Shown piece by piece: positions 38,382-49,017 of a DNA stretch of 64,000 bases; the stretch's first letter is position 1, and each line of letters begins with the position of its first letter. The notes beneath the pieces are model-generated. The model was not told where the DNA came from and ran no database searches. It saw nothing but the letters and a program-made list of their open reading frames with translations. This DNA is from Candidatus Omnitrophota bacterium (GTDB taxonomy: Bacteria > Omnitrophota > Gorgyraeia > Gygaellales > Profunditerraquicolaceae): NCBI GenBank assembly GCA_026387335.1, contig JAPLLX010000001.1:234620-298619 (forward strand), written 5' to 3'. The translations under genes were made by a program, and so were the position numbers.

Positions 38382-39907
38382 AAAAGAAGGTCTACGCAGC
38401 TAAAGATTTAGAAAAGATCATCGCATTAGGCAAACAAAAGGGTTTTCTTACCTATGATGAAGTAAACGATCTTTTGCCCGAAGAGCTATCTTCATCCGAC
38501 GATATGGATCGTTTGTTTGAGTTGCTCGGAAACGAAGATATACAGGTAGTGGAACATGAAGATGACCGGCTCATTGATAAAGAGAGCGCGATAATCAAAG
38601 AGGATAATTTAAGCGAACAGTTAAAATCCGAAGAGAGGTTTCTCCCTTTAGATGATCCGGTAAAAATGTATCTTAAACAGATGGGTTCAATATCATTATT
38701 GACCCGGGAGCACGAAATAGAGCTGGCTAAAAAAATAGAAGATGCCGAAGAGAAATTTAAACGCGCTGCCCTGAATACCAAGCTTGTGCGCCATGAAACG
38801 CTGGCGGTAGCCAACGATATTTTAGAAGGCAGGTTAAACCTGGAAGAAATTGTTAAGGAAGATTTAAAAATCAAGAAAGGAAACGTAGCGGCCAAGATAA
38901 AAAGGACCCTCAAAAAACTTAAAGCCACGCGCAGCGAAAATAAAACTATAGATTTGTTCCTGGACCTCAATTTTGTAACTTCCGTGGTGGAAGCGGCAGT
39001 ACGTAAACTCATCCGTTTGCTGAAAGAACTGGACCAGATTGACCGTAAACCCGGCCGCTCTCGCTCCAGGAAACAAGAAATACTAAAGCTTCTTGGCGAA
39101 TCCCACAAAAGAATCCGCGAGCAGATGAAGTTGATCCGGTCTACGAACCTTAAATTTAACCGCTGCAAGAAGAAACTGGTTGAGGCTAACTTAAGGCTGG
39201 TGGTAAGCATAGCCAAGAAATATACCAACAGGGGATTATCTTTTCTGGACTTAATCCAGGAGGGAAACATCGGGCTTATGCGGGCCGTAGAAAAATTCGA
39301 GTATAAAAGAGGTTACAAATTTTCTACCTACGCGACCTGGTGGATCAGGCAGGCGATTACCCGCTCTATAGCGGATCAAGCGCGAACCATACGCATCCCG
39401 GTGCATATGACCGAAACGATCAATAAAATCATCCGTTATTCGCGTGTTTTTGTGCAAGAGAACGGCCGTGAACCTCTCCCTGAAGAAATAGCTTATAAGA
39501 TGCGCCTGCCTCAAGAGAAAGTCAAATCCATATTAAAGATAGCCCAGGAGCCGATTTCTTTACAAATGCCTATTGGCGATGAAGGCGATACGCATTTTGG
39601 AGATTTTATTCAGGATAAAAAAGCGGTATCCCCGGCGAATGAAACCGTCCGTTCAATGCTTAAAGATGAGATGAACTCCGCCTTAAGCACCCTTACCGAA
39701 AGAGAGAAAAAGATATTGGTCTTACGTTTTGGCATACATGACGGTTCCAGCCGTACCCTGGAAGAAGTAGGCAATGTTTTTAGAGTCACCCGCGAAAGAG
39801 TAAGGCAGATCGAAGCCAAGGCTTTAAAGAAACTGCGGCACCCTACCCGCTCAAGAAGGTTAAGAACTTTTCTGGATATGACGCTTGCGCACCAAAGAGA
39901 ATATTAA
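38378..39907 (+). CDS. rpoD: Primary sigma factor
   Basis: [44 protein letters not shown]. Confidence 0.96.
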   Translation: MKKKVYAAKDLEKIIALGKQKGFLTYDEVNDLLPEELSSSDDMDRLFELLGNEDIQVVEHEDDRLIDKESAIIKEDNLSEQLKSEERFLPLDDPVKMYLKQMGSISLLTREHEIELAKKIEDAEEKFKRAALNTKLVRHETLAVANDILEGRLNLEEIVKEDLKIKKGNVAAKIKRTLKKLKATRSENKTIDLFLDLNFVTSVVEAAVRKLIRLLKELDQIDRKPGRSRSRKQEILKLLGESHKRIREQMKLIRSTNLKFNRCKKKLVEANLRLVVSIAKKYTNRGLSFLDLIQEGNIGLMRAVEKFEYKRGYKFSTYATWWIRQAITRSIADQARTIRIPVHMTETINKIIRYSRVFVQENGREPLPEEIAYKMRLPQEKVKSILKIAQEPISLQMPIGDEGDTHFGDFIQDKKAVSPANETVRSMLKDEMNSALSTLTEREKKILVLRFGIHDGSSRTLEEVGNVFRVTRERVRQIEAKALKKLRHPTRSRRLRTFLDMTLAHQREY

Positions 39908-39923
39908 TTAGATAAGGGGCGCT

Positions 39924-42485
39924 ATGGAAGAAAGCTTAAGTGATGAGATAAAATTTCTTCAGGTCCGCATTACGGAATTAGAAAAGTCAGAATCCCTCCA
40001 TAAAATATCCGAGCGCGAAAACCAGCAGAAACTGCGCGCAGTCTTTGATCATACCTTCCAATTTATAGGTCTTATGTCTCCTGATGGCACACTCTTAGAA
40101 GCCAACAGGGCAGCTTTAGCGCTTACCGGCGTGGAATTATCCCAGGTTTTGAATAAACCTTTTTGGGAGACGCCCTGGTGGACGCATTCTCTTTATGAAC
40201 AGGAAAAGCTGCGCAATGCCATTCTCAAGGCCGCCAGTGGAGAATTTATCCGCTATGAAACAACTCATATGGATAAAGACGGAAACGAGCATTTCGTGGA
40301 TTTTTCCTTAAAGCCGGTGGAAGATGAAAAAGGGAAAGTGATTTATATAATCCCTGAGGGACGGGATATAACCGGTTTAAAGAAAGCTTCATACGCGCTT
40401 TCACAATCAGAAGAAAGATACGCTGTTTTAGTGAATGAGCTGCCGGTAGGAGTTTATCGCAATACGCTGGGCAAAGAAGGGTCTTTTTTAGAAGTTAATA
40501 ACGCGATGGTCAGGCTGCTGGAAGCAGGATCAAAAGAGGAACTTCTTAAGCATAATGAGAGCGATTTTTATCAGGATCCCACGGAAAGGCAAAAGATCAG
40601 CGAAAAGATACTCAATGAGGGATTTATTAAAAACGAGGAGCTGCGGCTGGTGACCCTCAAAGGCCAAAAAATCTGGGCCCTCCTTAATGCGGTAGCCAAA
40701 AAAGATGAGAATGGAAACGTCTTGTATTTTGACGGTATATTAGAAGATATTACTGAACGTAAGAGATATGAGGAGAGGCTGCATGATACTTACGGGGAAC
40801 TGGGGATAAGGGTAAAGGTCAGGACCGCCGAGCTGACTAGGGCCAATGAAGAATTAAGAAAGGAAATAGCCGAGCGTAAGGAACTCTTAGAAGCCTTCAA
40901 TAAAAATAAAAATTTTCTTTCCGATGTTTTTAGCAGTATTCAAGACGGTATAAGTGTTTTGGATAAAGAAATGAATATTGTTTTGGTAAATCCGGTCATG
41001 GAAAAGTGGTACGCTGACAAGCTTCCCTTTATAGGAAAGAAGTGTTACGAAGCCTATCAATACGGGACTCATCCTTGTAAGGGCTGTCCGGTACTTACGA
41101 GCTTAAAGACACAACAATTAGCGGCGGATATTGTCCCCAAGAGGGGAAGCAACGGAGAAATAATCGGCTGGATTGAACTTTACAGTTTTCCCATGTTTGA
41201 TCAGGAAAGCAAGGAATTGATAGGCGCAATTGAATACGCCCGCGATATTACGGACAGAAAAGCGGCGCAAGAGCGGGTTCAGGTTTTAAATAATGAGCTC
41301 TTAATGTCCAATAAACGCTTAAAGCAGTTGTTACTTACGGATGCGCATACCGGGCTTTATAATCATCGCTATTTGGAGCAGGTCATTGAAGTAGAGTTTC
41401 ATCGCGCTAAACGCGAGGCCCATCCTTTGTCAGTGATAATGATAGATATAGATTATTTTAAATCGGTGAACGATGTTTACGGGCATCAATTTGGGGATTT
41501 GGTCCTTAAGCAGTTCTCCCGCCAACTAAAGCTGATTATGAGAAAATACGATATTATTATCCGCTCAGGAGGAGAAGAGTTTATTATTATATCTCCCGGC
41601 ATAGACTTAGAGCAATCTTTGATCCTGGGCCAAAGGATTTTGGATGCGATTAGCCTCTACAATTTTGGCGATAAGAAGCATACGGTCAAACTTAAATTAA
41701 GCCTGGCGGCAGTCTCTTATCCCGAGGATAGGGCGATGAAAGGGATGGGGCTGGTTAATTTAGCGGATCAGATTTTAAATAAGGTAAAGGAATCGGGAGG
41801 CAACCGCGTTTATTCGGACCTGGATACAAAAAAAGAAAAATGTCCCGCTCCCGGAAAAATAAATAAATCCCTGAATATTAAACTTCTTCAGGGGAAAATA
41901 GATAAACTTACCAAAAGGTCAAATCAAAGCTTAGTGGAAGCTATATTTGCGTTCGCTAAGACTATTGAATTAAAAGACCACTATACCGGAGAACACGTCG
42001 AGGATACTGTGCGCTATGTCACAGAGATCTGTAATAAGCTGGGACTACCTAAAGAAGAGATAGAGTTAATTAAGCAGGGAGCTGCTTTGCATGATTTGGG
42101 CAAGATTGGGATAAGCGAAAAAATCCTGCTTAAAAAATCTAAGCTTACGCGTCACGAATTTCAGGAAATTAAGAAACATCCCCAAATCGGCGCGGATATA
42201 TTAAGGCCGATCCAGTTTTTGCGTAATATTATCCCCCTTGTTTTTTACCATCACGAAAAATGGGATGGTTCAGGCTATCCCAGCGGCATAAAAAAAGAGG
42301 AAATCCCTATCGGAGCCAGGATCATTGCCATTGCCGACGTTTACCAGGCCTTAACCAGCGACCGGCCTTACCGCAAAGCCTACACCAAGGAAAAGGCGAT
42401 CAGAATATTAAAAAAAGGTTCCGGCTCCCAATTTGACCCCCGGATAACCAGCGTATTCCTAAAAATACTGCAACCCAAAGATTAA
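39924..42485 (+). CDS. Multi-PAS, GGDEF, HD-GYP c-di-GMP signalling protein
   Basis: Three PAS/PAC domains, RKYD..RSGGEEF, LHDLGKIG, HHEKWDGSGYP. Confidence 0.9.
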   Translation: MEESLSDEIKFLQVRITELEKSESLHKISERENQQKLRAVFDHTFQFIGLMSPDGTLLEANRAALALTGVELSQVLNKPFWETPWWTHSLYEQEKLRNAILKAASGEFIRYETTHMDKDGNEHFVDFSLKPVEDEKGKVIYIIPEGRDITGLKKASYALSQSEERYAVLVNELPVGVYRNTLGKEGSFLEVNNAMVRLLEAGSKEELLKHNESDFYQDPTERQKISEKILNEGFIKNEELRLVTLKGQKIWALLNAVAKKDENGNVLYFDGILEDITERKRYEERLHDTYGELGIRVKVRTAELTRANEELRKEIAERKELLEAFNKNKNFLSDVFSSIQDGISVLDKEMNIVLVNPVMEKWYADKLPFIGKKCYEAYQYGTHPCKGCPVLTSLKTQQLAADIVPKRGSNGEIIGWIELYSFPMFDQESKELIGAIEYARDITDRKAAQERVQVLNNELLMSNKRLKQLLLTDAHTGLYNHRYLEQVIEVEFHRAKREAHPLSVIMIDIDYFKSVNDVYGHQFGDLVLKQFSRQLKLIMRKYDIIIRSGGEEFIIISPGIDLEQSLILGQRILDAISLYNFGDKKHTVKLKLSLAAVSYPEDRAMKGMGLVNLADQILNKVKESGGNRVYSDLDTKKEKCPAPGKINKSLNIKLLQGKIDKLTKRSNQSLVEAIFAFAKTIELKDHYTGEHVEDTVRYVTEICNKLGLPKEEIELIKQGAALHDLGKIGISEKILLKKSKLTRHEFQEIKKHPQIGADILRPIQFLRNIIPLVFYHHEKWDGSGYPSGIKKEEIPIGARIIAIADVYQALTSDRPYRKAYTKEKAIRILKKGSGSQFDPRITSVFLKILQPKD

Positions 42486-42515
42486 CCCCTCAGGCAAAAA
42501 ACGTTAAGTTTTAGC

Positions 42516-42544
42516 TTGCCAAAATTACCATAAAATAGTATCAT
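42516..42544 (+). promoter_or_regulatory. Sigma70 promoter for the tRNA pair
   Basis: TTGCCA-17 nt-TATCAT. Confidence 0.5.
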
Positions 42545-42598
42545 ATAATGTTAAGTTTTTCTGGCCAATCTCGTCAAGAGCATAAGCAGAATTTTGCG

Positions 42599-42670
42599 GG
42601 GCCTATAGCTCAGCGGTAGAGCAGGAGACTCATAATCTCTTGGTCCGGGGTTCGAATCCCTGTGGGCCCA
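42599..42670 (+). tRNA. tRNA with CAT anticodon, probably Ile2 (lysidine); CCA not encoded
   Basis: GGGCCTA/TGGGCCC acceptor stem, GGAGA-CTCATAA-TCTCT anticodon arm, GGTTCGAATCC; Ile2 vs Met inferred from acceptor stem and position after rpoD. Confidence 0.88.
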
Positions 42671-42706
42671 GTTAATCAAAAAGGTGGTTTTTGGGTAAGC
42701 TAAAAC

Positions 42707-42783
42707 GGGCGATTGGCTCAGTTGGTTAGAGCGCCACATTCACATTGTGGAGGCCAGAGGTCCGAATCCTCTATCGCCCACCA
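42707..42783 (+). tRNA. tRNA-Val(CAC)
   Basis: GGGCGAT/ATCGCCC acceptor stem, CCACA-TTCACAT-TGTGG anticodon arm, 3' ACCA. Confidence 0.9.
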
Positions 42784-42801
42784 CTAAAAAAAGGAGTAAT
42801 T

Positions 42802-43527
42802 TTGGCAACGGTTGATTTAAAATCTCAGTTAAGCAGCCTGATTAAATTACAGGCTGTGGATAGCCAGATATATTCTCTACGCTCAGAAAAAGCTTCTAAG
42901 CCCGAGGAAATCAAGGTAATGGAACTCTCTTTTGAAGCCAAAAAGGCGAGCCTAGCTGAATTGGATAAAAAATCAACCGATTTGCAGAAGCAAAGAAAAG
43001 AGAGGGAATTGGAACTGGGCTCAAAAGACGAGGCGATGAAAAAGTTACAGTCCCAACTTTATAGTCTTAAAACGAATAAAGAGTATCAGACCATGCTCCA
43101 GCAAATACAGGATGCCAAGGCCGATGCCTCGGTCATTGAAGATAAAATCCTGGAGTTATTCGATAAAACAGACGCGCTTAAGGTTGAGCTGGAAAAAGAA
43201 AAACAGAAATTAAAAGAAGAAGAGCAGATATTTTTGACTAAAAAGAAGCAAGTCGATGACCGGGTTAAAGAGATAGACGAGCGTTTAAGCGCGCTCGAAG
43301 CTCAGCGAAAACAGGCCCTGCAGGATATAGATGCTAAAATCTTAAGCCAATACGAAAGAATATTGGCCAATCGGGACGGCCTGGCTATAGTTATTGTCAA
43401 GGGGAATTCCTGCGGCGGATGCAATATGTTTGTCCCGCCTCAGGTAATAAATTTAATTAAGATGTATGAGCACATAATCACCTGCGAGATGTGCAATCGG
43501 ATACTCTATATTGATGAGGGAGTTTGA
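42802..43527 (+). CDS. Coiled-coil C4 zinc-ribbon protein (DUF164)
   Basis: LIKLQAVD, long coiled coil, CGGC...CEMCNRILY; TTG start after AAGGAG. Confidence 0.85.
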   Translation: MATVDLKSQLSSLIKLQAVDSQIYSLRSEKASKPEEIKVMELSFEAKKASLAELDKKSTDLQKQRKERELELGSKDEAMKKLQSQLYSLKTNKEYQTMLQQIQDAKADASVIEDKILELFDKTDALKVELEKEKQKLKEEEQIFLTKKKQVDDRVKEIDERLSALEAQRKQALQDIDAKILSQYERILANRDGLAIVIVKGNSCGGCNMFVPPQVINLIKMYEHIITCEMCNRILYIDEGV

Positions 43528-43930
43528 GATTTATATTGATGGCGCGTCAAAGGGAAATCCCGGACCAAGCGGCGTAGGGGTAGTTATCTGTCAGGGTTCA
43601 AAGACCCTGAAGAATATTTCCAGTTTTATCGGCCAGGCCACGAACAATATCGCTGAATATACAGCTTTGATCTACGCCCTCCAGGAAGCCTTGATCTTAA
43701 AGGCCGATGTCCTTAAGATCAATACGGATAGCCAGCTCCTGGCCCGGCAATTAAACAAGGTTTATAAAGTCCGGCATCAGAATATCATCGGGCTTTATAA
43801 CCAGGCCCAACGTTTATTGGCCGGGTTTAAAGAAGTTTCTATTAATAATATCCCCCGCGAAGAAAATATTGGCGCGGATAAATTAGCAACCGAAGCGATT
43901 AAAAGAGAACTAAAGAAAAAAGTTCTTTGA
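43514..43930 (+). CDS. rnhA: Ribonuclease HI
   Basis: DGASKGNPG, TNNIAEY, TDSQL, PREENIGADKLA. Confidence 0.9.
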   Translation: MREFEIYIDGASKGNPGPSGVGVVICQGSKTLKNISSFIGQATNNIAEYTALIYALQEALILKADVLKINTDSQLLARQLNKVYKVRHQNIIGLYNQAQRLLAGFKEVSINNIPREENIGADKLATEAIKRELKKKVL

Positions 43931-43934
43931 AATG

Positions 43935-44356
43935 AGACAGGTAGAATGTGGTCGCCCTTACTACTTTGCGCAGCAAAGCAGTAAGGGAGGAAAGTCCGGG
44001 CTCCGGAGGATAGCGCAGTAGGTTAATACCTACCCATTGAGGCTTAACCCTTGATGAGGATTGCCCCTAGCGGGGCCATTACCGAACATAATTGCGGGTA
44101 ATGAGAGCCACAGAGACGAGACCTTGGGTTTTAAAAACTCAAGGGAGTGAAACGCGGCAATCTCTGCGCGGAGCAAGGCGAATAGGAGATGAATCCTTAT
44201 ATTTAGAATTTGAGGATACATGCTTATCCGGCGTGTTATTAATCTCGGGTAATAAGCTGCTTGAGTAATAGCAGTAACGCTATTATCGAGAGGAATGATC
44301 ACTAATCGATAGCGAAAAATCGCATCAAGACAGAACCCGGCTTATTCTACCTGTCT
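43935..44356 (+). ncRNA. rnpB: RNase P RNA
   Basis: GAGGAAAGTCCGGGCT...ACAGAACCCGGCTTA; P1 AGACAGGTAGAAT/ATTCTACCTGTCT. Confidence 0.95.
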
Positions 44357-44412
44357 TTTTAAAAAGCAGTAAGGAAACTTCAAATTAACAAGTAATTTTA
44401 AGGAGGAATCAA

Positions 44413-45168
44413 ATGTCCGGTCATTCTAAATGGAAGACGAACAAAGGGAAGAAATCGATAGCTGACGCCAAAAAAGGGGCAACTTATACTAAGATTATCA
44501 AGGAACTTACGGTTATTGCCCGCGAAGGCGGAGGTAATCCCGATACCAACCCGCGGCTTAGGGCGGTTATGCAAAAAGCAAAAGAAGCAAATATGCCTTC
44601 GGATAACGTTAAAATGGCAATCAAGCGCGGTACAGGCGAGTTACCGGGTGTAGTCTATGAGACATGTGTATATGAAGCGTACGGCCAGGGAGGGGTAGCC
44701 ATGATGATCGAGGTGCTTACGGATAATAAAAACCGTACGAGCGCTGAAATCCGCAATATTATGTCCAAAAAAGGCGGAAGCTTTGCCGGAGCCGGTTCAG
44801 TCAGCTGGATGTTTACGATGAAGGGTTATTTTCTGATTGAAAAATCTCAGGCCAAGGAAGATGAGCTTATGAATATTGTTTTAGAGGCCGGAGCCGAAGA
44901 TATGAAATCCGATGACAAGAATTACGAGGTATTTTGTTCTCCGCAAAACTTTGAGAAAGTCAAACAGGCGATAGAAGCAAAGGGGATTAAGCCGCAGGAC
45001 GCTGAGGTTACTATGGTGCCGTCTTCAACCATTAAAATAGTCGGCAATGAAGCCAAGCAGCTGCTTTCTTTGATTGATACCCTGGAAGAGCATGATGACG
45101 TGCAACATGTGTATGCCAATTTTGATATACCTGACGAAATAATGGACGCGTTGGCCGAAGAAAATTAA
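44413..45168 (+). CDS. yebC: YebC/PmpR-family protein
   Basis: MSGHSKW, NPRLR, TDNKNRT, DDVQHVYAN. Confidence 0.93.
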   Translation: MSGHSKWKTNKGKKSIADAKKGATYTKIIKELTVIAREGGGNPDTNPRLRAVMQKAKEANMPSDNVKMAIKRGTGELPGVVYETCVYEAYGQGGVAMMIEVLTDNKNRTSAEIRNIMSKKGGSFAGAGSVSWMFTMKGYFLIEKSQAKEDELMNIVLEAGAEDMKSDDKNYEVFCSPQNFEKVKQAIEAKGIKPQDAEVTMVPSSTIKIVGNEAKQLLSLIDTLEEHDDVQHVYANFDIPDEIMDALAEEN

Positions 45169-45650
45169 TGAAAATATTAGGGATTGATCCGGCTTTAACT
45201 ATCACCGGGTATGGATTGATCAATGCCAGAAATAGTAAGCTGGTTTTGATCGAAGCAGGTATAATCGCTACCTCCAGAAAAGAGGCGTTGACTCGACGCC
45301 TGGAGAAGATATACAATGGAATAACGAAATTAATCCTGGATACCTCTCCGGATGTTTTGGTTTTAGAAAAGATATACTCACATTACCGGCATCCGGCTAC
45401 AGCCTATATTTTAGGAGAGGCGCGGGGAATAATCTGCCTGGCAGCCGCTACGCAAAAGGTTTCTTTAGTGGAGTATGCTGCCACCCGGGTGAAAAAAGCA
45501 GTAGTAGGAAAAGGCCTGGCTTCCAAGACGCAGGTGCAGAAAATGGTAGCCAGCCTTCTGGGCTTAAATAGTTTACCCAAATATACTGATGTTACTGATG
45601 CGTTGGCATTAGCCATAACGCATAGTTATATTATAAGGCCAAAGATATGA
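45168..45650 (+). CDS. ruvC: Holliday junction resolvase
   Basis: LGIDP, ARG, KKAVVGKG.ASK.QV, DVTDALALA. Confidence 0.92.
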   Translation: MKILGIDPALTITGYGLINARNSKLVLIEAGIIATSRKEALTRRLEKIYNGITKLILDTSPDVLVLEKIYSHYRHPATAYILGEARGIICLAAATQKVSLVEYAATRVKKAVVGKGLASKTQVQKMVASLLGLNSLPKYTDVTDALALAITHSYIIRPKI

Positions 45651-46273
45651 TTTCCAGAATAACCGGGAAAATTATTGAAAGAGGGAACAACTACTTAGTA
45701 ATTGATACGAATGGCTTGAGCTATCAGGTCCTTCTACCGGCCACAGTAATGCAAAGGATTGATGGCTGTCTAAGCGCAGATGGATCAATAGCCTTAAAAA
45801 CTTTTCATTATCTGCAGTCTGACCAGGCTAAAAGTATACCGGTTTTGATCGGTTTTATCAATGATATTGAAAAAGATTTCTTTGAAATTTTTATTACCGT
45901 TTCCGGTATCGGGCCGCGGGCCGCGTTAAAAGCCTTAAATAAACCTATATCCGAAATTGCCCGGGCCATAGATGAGGGGGACCTGGCCTTTTTAAAATCG
46001 CTCCCCGGTATAGGGGAACAGAGGGCCAAAGAGATTATAGCCAAGCTCCAGAATAAGGTTGGCAGATTCGGCCTTATTCAGGATAGCGCTAAGATTAAAA
46101 CTTCTATTAAGGCTAAAAATATTGCCGAAGAAGCGCTGGCAGTACTTATGCAGTTAGAATACAGAAAGCCCGAAGCCTTAAACATGATCAGAAAATCCCT
46201 GGAGTTGAATCCAGAGACAGAGACAACGGAAGAGTTACTTAATTTAGTGTATAAACAGAGGAAAATTAAATAA
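45647..46273 (+). CDS. ruvA: Holliday junction branch migration protein A
   Basis: VSGIGPRAAL and LPGIG HhH motifs; follows ruvC. Confidence 0.9.
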   Translation: MISRITGKIIERGNNYLVIDTNGLSYQVLLPATVMQRIDGCLSADGSIALKTFHYLQSDQAKSIPVLIGFINDIEKDFFEIFITVSGIGPRAALKALNKPISEIARAIDEGDLAFLKSLPGIGEQRAKEIIAKLQNKVGRFGLIQDSAKIKTSIKAKNIAEEALAVLMQLEYRKPEALNMIRKSLELNPETETTEELLNLVYKQRKIK

Positions 46274-46274
46274 C

Positions 46275-46880
46275 ATGCAGGATAATAGAAAATCGGCGAT
46301 CGAAGCCCTTTTATTTGCCAGTGAAAAGCCTTTAGCTTTAGAGCAGATAAAACTTGTTTTGGATAATCCGGATACCAATGAAGTCCGCCAGCTGCTTGAA
46401 GAAATGAAGTCTGAATATGAGCAGTCAGGCCGGGGTGTGCGCATTGCCGAGATAGCCGGTGGATTTCAGATGATCAGCGCTTCTGAATTCGCGCCCTTTT
46501 TAAGAAAACTTTTTAAAGGAAGACGCATCGAGAGGCTATCTAAGCCGGCGTTGGAAACTCTGGCAATCATTGCTTATAAACAGCCTTTGACCAGGAGCGA
46601 AGTGGAATTATTAAGGAATGTTAATGTGGATGGCGTAATGAAAAGTCTGCTCGAAAAAAATCTTATCCGTATTTCCGGAAGGAAAAAAGCTCCGGGAAGA
46701 CCTTGCGTCTACGGCACAACCCGGCAGTTTATGGAATATTTTGGCCTAAGGTCATTAGCTGACCTGCCTAGAATAGAAGAGTTTTCTTCTCTGGCCCAAA
46801 AGCAGGACCTTGTAGATATTGAACCCGAAGAAAAAAAGAACGCGGAGGAATTAAATGAATCTCAAAAAACTGCGCAGTAA
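46275..46880 (+). CDS. scpB: SMC-Scp complex subunit ScpB
   Basis: IEALLFAS, LSKPALETLAIIAYKQP, GRP..YGTT..F...FGL. Confidence 0.92.
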   Translation: MQDNRKSAIEALLFASEKPLALEQIKLVLDNPDTNEVRQLLEEMKSEYEQSGRGVRIAEIAGGFQMISASEFAPFLRKLFKGRRIERLSKPALETLAIIAYKQPLTRSEVELLRNVNVDGVMKSLLEKNLIRISGRKKAPGRPCVYGTTRQFMEYFGLRSLADLPRIEEFSSLAQKQDLVDIEPEEKKNAEELNESQKTAQ

Positions 46881-47916
46881 AATAGACGATTTGGATAAAA
46901 GCATCATTTGGCTTCTGAATATGCGGGCTAAAGTTACTCTGGATATAGCCAGGGTAAAAAATAAAAATGGCAAGAGCATATATGTCCCGGAGCGCGAAAG
47001 AGAAGTCTTAAGAAAGATAGCCTCATTAAGTAAAGGGCCTTTAGGCAGGCGGGCGCTTGAGGCTATATACCGGGAGGTCATGTCTTCTTCACTAGCATTG
47101 GAAAAACCGCTAAAAATAGCTTATATGGGCCCGGAGGCATCTTTCAGTAACCTGGCCGCCTTAAAAAGATTCGGTTCACAGGTAAGTTTTGTCGCCTGTT
47201 CAGGCATCTCCGATGTTTTCTCGGAAGTGGAAAGAGACGCCAGTGATTATGGAGTTGTACCCGTTGAGAATTCTATTGAGGGAGCGGTTACGCACACCTT
47301 GGATTTATTGGTAGATTCGGACTTAAAGATATGCTCGCAGATTATTTTAGATGTCGCGCATAACTTACTGGCTAATTGCCCTAAAGATAAAATTAAACGG
47401 GTTTATTCCAATCCGCAGGTCCTCGGTCAATGCCGTATATGGCTGCAGGAAAATCTGCCTAATACCGAACTAATTGAAGTCTCCAGTACCACGCGGGCAG
47501 CTCAAATTTCGGCAAAAGAAAAAAACAGCGCCTGCATAGCTTCATTATTAGCCGGGAAAGTTTATAAGCTAAAGGTGGTTGAGCGTGATATTGAAGACTC
47601 CGCGCATAACATTACGCGTTTTTTTGTTATAGGTAAAACTGAAGCCGGAAAGACCGGTTATGATAAAACCTCTATCCTTTTCTCGATCAAAGATAAAGTA
47701 GGGGCGCTCCACGATATGCTTATGCCTTTTAAGAAATATAAGATAAATCTGACTAAGATCGAGTCCCGGCCATCCAAGAAAAAGGCCTGGGATTATTATT
47801 TCTTCATGGATTTAGAGGGGCATAAACAAGATTTAAAAATTCAGAGGGCGCTTACAGAGTTAGAGAGTAAATGCAAGTTTTTAAAAATACTGGGTTCCTA
47901 CCCTGTTGGAGAATAG
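46855..47916 (+). CDS. pheA: Chorismate mutase/prephenate dehydratase
   Basis: N-terminal CM domain, PVENSIEG, NITRFF, NLTKIESRP. Confidence 0.93.
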   Translation: MNLKKLRSKIDDLDKSIIWLLNMRAKVTLDIARVKNKNGKSIYVPEREREVLRKIASLSKGPLGRRALEAIYREVMSSSLALEKPLKIAYMGPEASFSNLAALKRFGSQVSFVACSGISDVFSEVERDASDYGVVPVENSIEGAVTHTLDLLVDSDLKICSQIILDVAHNLLANCPKDKIKRVYSNPQVLGQCRIWLQENLPNTELIEVSSTTRAAQISAKEKNSACIASLLAGKVYKLKVVERDIEDSAHNITRFFVIGKTEAGKTGYDKTSILFSIKDKVGALHDMLMPFKKYKINLTKIESRPSKKKAWDYYFFMDLEGHKQDLKIQRALTELESKCKFLKILGSYPVGE

Positions 47917-49017
47917 ATGAAAGAATTAGTGCGTAAGAATATTTTAAACGTTAAACCCTACGTCGGGGGAAAACCTATTGAGGAGACTAAAAGGCAGTTA
48001 GGCCTAAAAGAGGTGATAAAATTAGCTTCTAATGAGAATCCTCTCGGTCCTTCGCCTAAAGCGCTAGAAGCTGTGCGCAAAGCTGCCTTGGGAATAAACC
48101 GTTATCCGGATTCTTCGGGATTTTATTTAAAAAGAAAATTGGCTAAAGCGTTAGGGGTAAGCGCGGCTAATATTGTTTTGGGGAACGGCTCTGATGAGTT
48201 GATCGATATAATCATCAAGACGTTTGTGGAAGACGACGAAAATATCGTAACTTCCGATTCAACTTTCTTAGAATATGGGATAATCGCTTCAGTCTATGGC
48301 CGCAAAATCACCAAGGTTCCCTTAAGATATTTTAAGTATGACCTGGAGTCCATAAAAAAGAAAATAGATAAGAAAACAAAGTTAGTATTTATCGCTAATC
48401 CGAATAACCCGACAGGTACATATGTCACTAAATACGAACTGCGGGATTTTATGTCCGGATTAGCCCAAAACACCTTATTAGTCATGGATGAGGCGTATGA
48501 CGCTTTTATCGATGTAAATGACTTTCCCAATACAGCGGAAAGTTTTAGGAATAAAAATATTATTATCCTAAAAACATTTTCCAAGTCTTATGGCTTAGCC
48601 GGACTGCGTTTAGGGTATGCTGTAGCTAATGAGGAACTAGCTGCCTTTATGGAACGAGCCAGGCAGCCTTTTAATATTAATTCACTGGCGCTAGCCGCAG
48701 GAGTAGCCGCTCTTGATGATAAAGAGTTTTTGCTTAAAACCCGTAAAGCGGTGCTCGAAGGTAAAGATTACCTTTACGATAATTTAAAAAAAATAGGCGT
48801 AAGCTATGTGCCAAGTATCACCAATTTCATACTTGTTGATGCCGGCCAAGACTCAGTAGGATTATTTAATAAAATGTTAAAGTTTGGCGTTATCGTACGG
48901 GATATGCAACAGTATGGATTAAATAATTTTATCCGCGTAACCATAGGAACGCGAAAAGAAAATGAAAGATTTATAAAAGTGCTGACTAAAATACTCAGAG
49001 GGAAGGAGAAACCATGA
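47917..49017 (+). CDS. hisC: Histidinol-phosphate aminotransferase
   Basis: [35 protein letters not shown]. Confidence 0.92.
   Translation: MKELVRKNILNVKPYVGGKPIEETKRQLGLKEVIKLASNENPLGPSPKALEAVRKAALGINRYPDSSGFYLKRKLAKALGVSAANIVLGNGSDELIDIIIKTFVEDDENIVTSDSTFLEYGIIASVYGRKITKVPLRYFKYDLESIKKKIDKKTKLVFIANPNNPTGTYVTKYELRDFMSGLAQNTLLVMDEAYDAFIDVNDFPNTAESFRNKNIIILKTFSKSYGLAGLRLGYAVANEELAAFMERARQPFNINSLALAAGVAALDDKEFLLKTRKAVLEGKDYLYDNLKKIGVSYVPSITNFILVDAGQDSVGLFNKMLKFGVIVRDMQQYGLNNFIRVTIGTRKENERFIKVLTKILRGKEKP

Noticed and set aside
38452-39270. 272-aa minus-strand ORF and other antisense ORFs inside dnaK, hflX, dnaG etc.
   Set aside because: Fully nested opposite well-conserved genes, Ser/Leu-rich with no motifs: codon-bias shadows.
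42551-42739. 62-aa minus-strand ORF
   Set aside because: Antisense shadow of two tRNAs.
42745-42801. ORF-track N-terminal extension of the zinc-ribbon gene
   Set aside because: Overlaps tRNA-Val; the TTG at 42802 has a good SD.
44030-44302. 90-aa minus-strand ORF
   Set aside because: Antisense to RNase P RNA; no protein motif.
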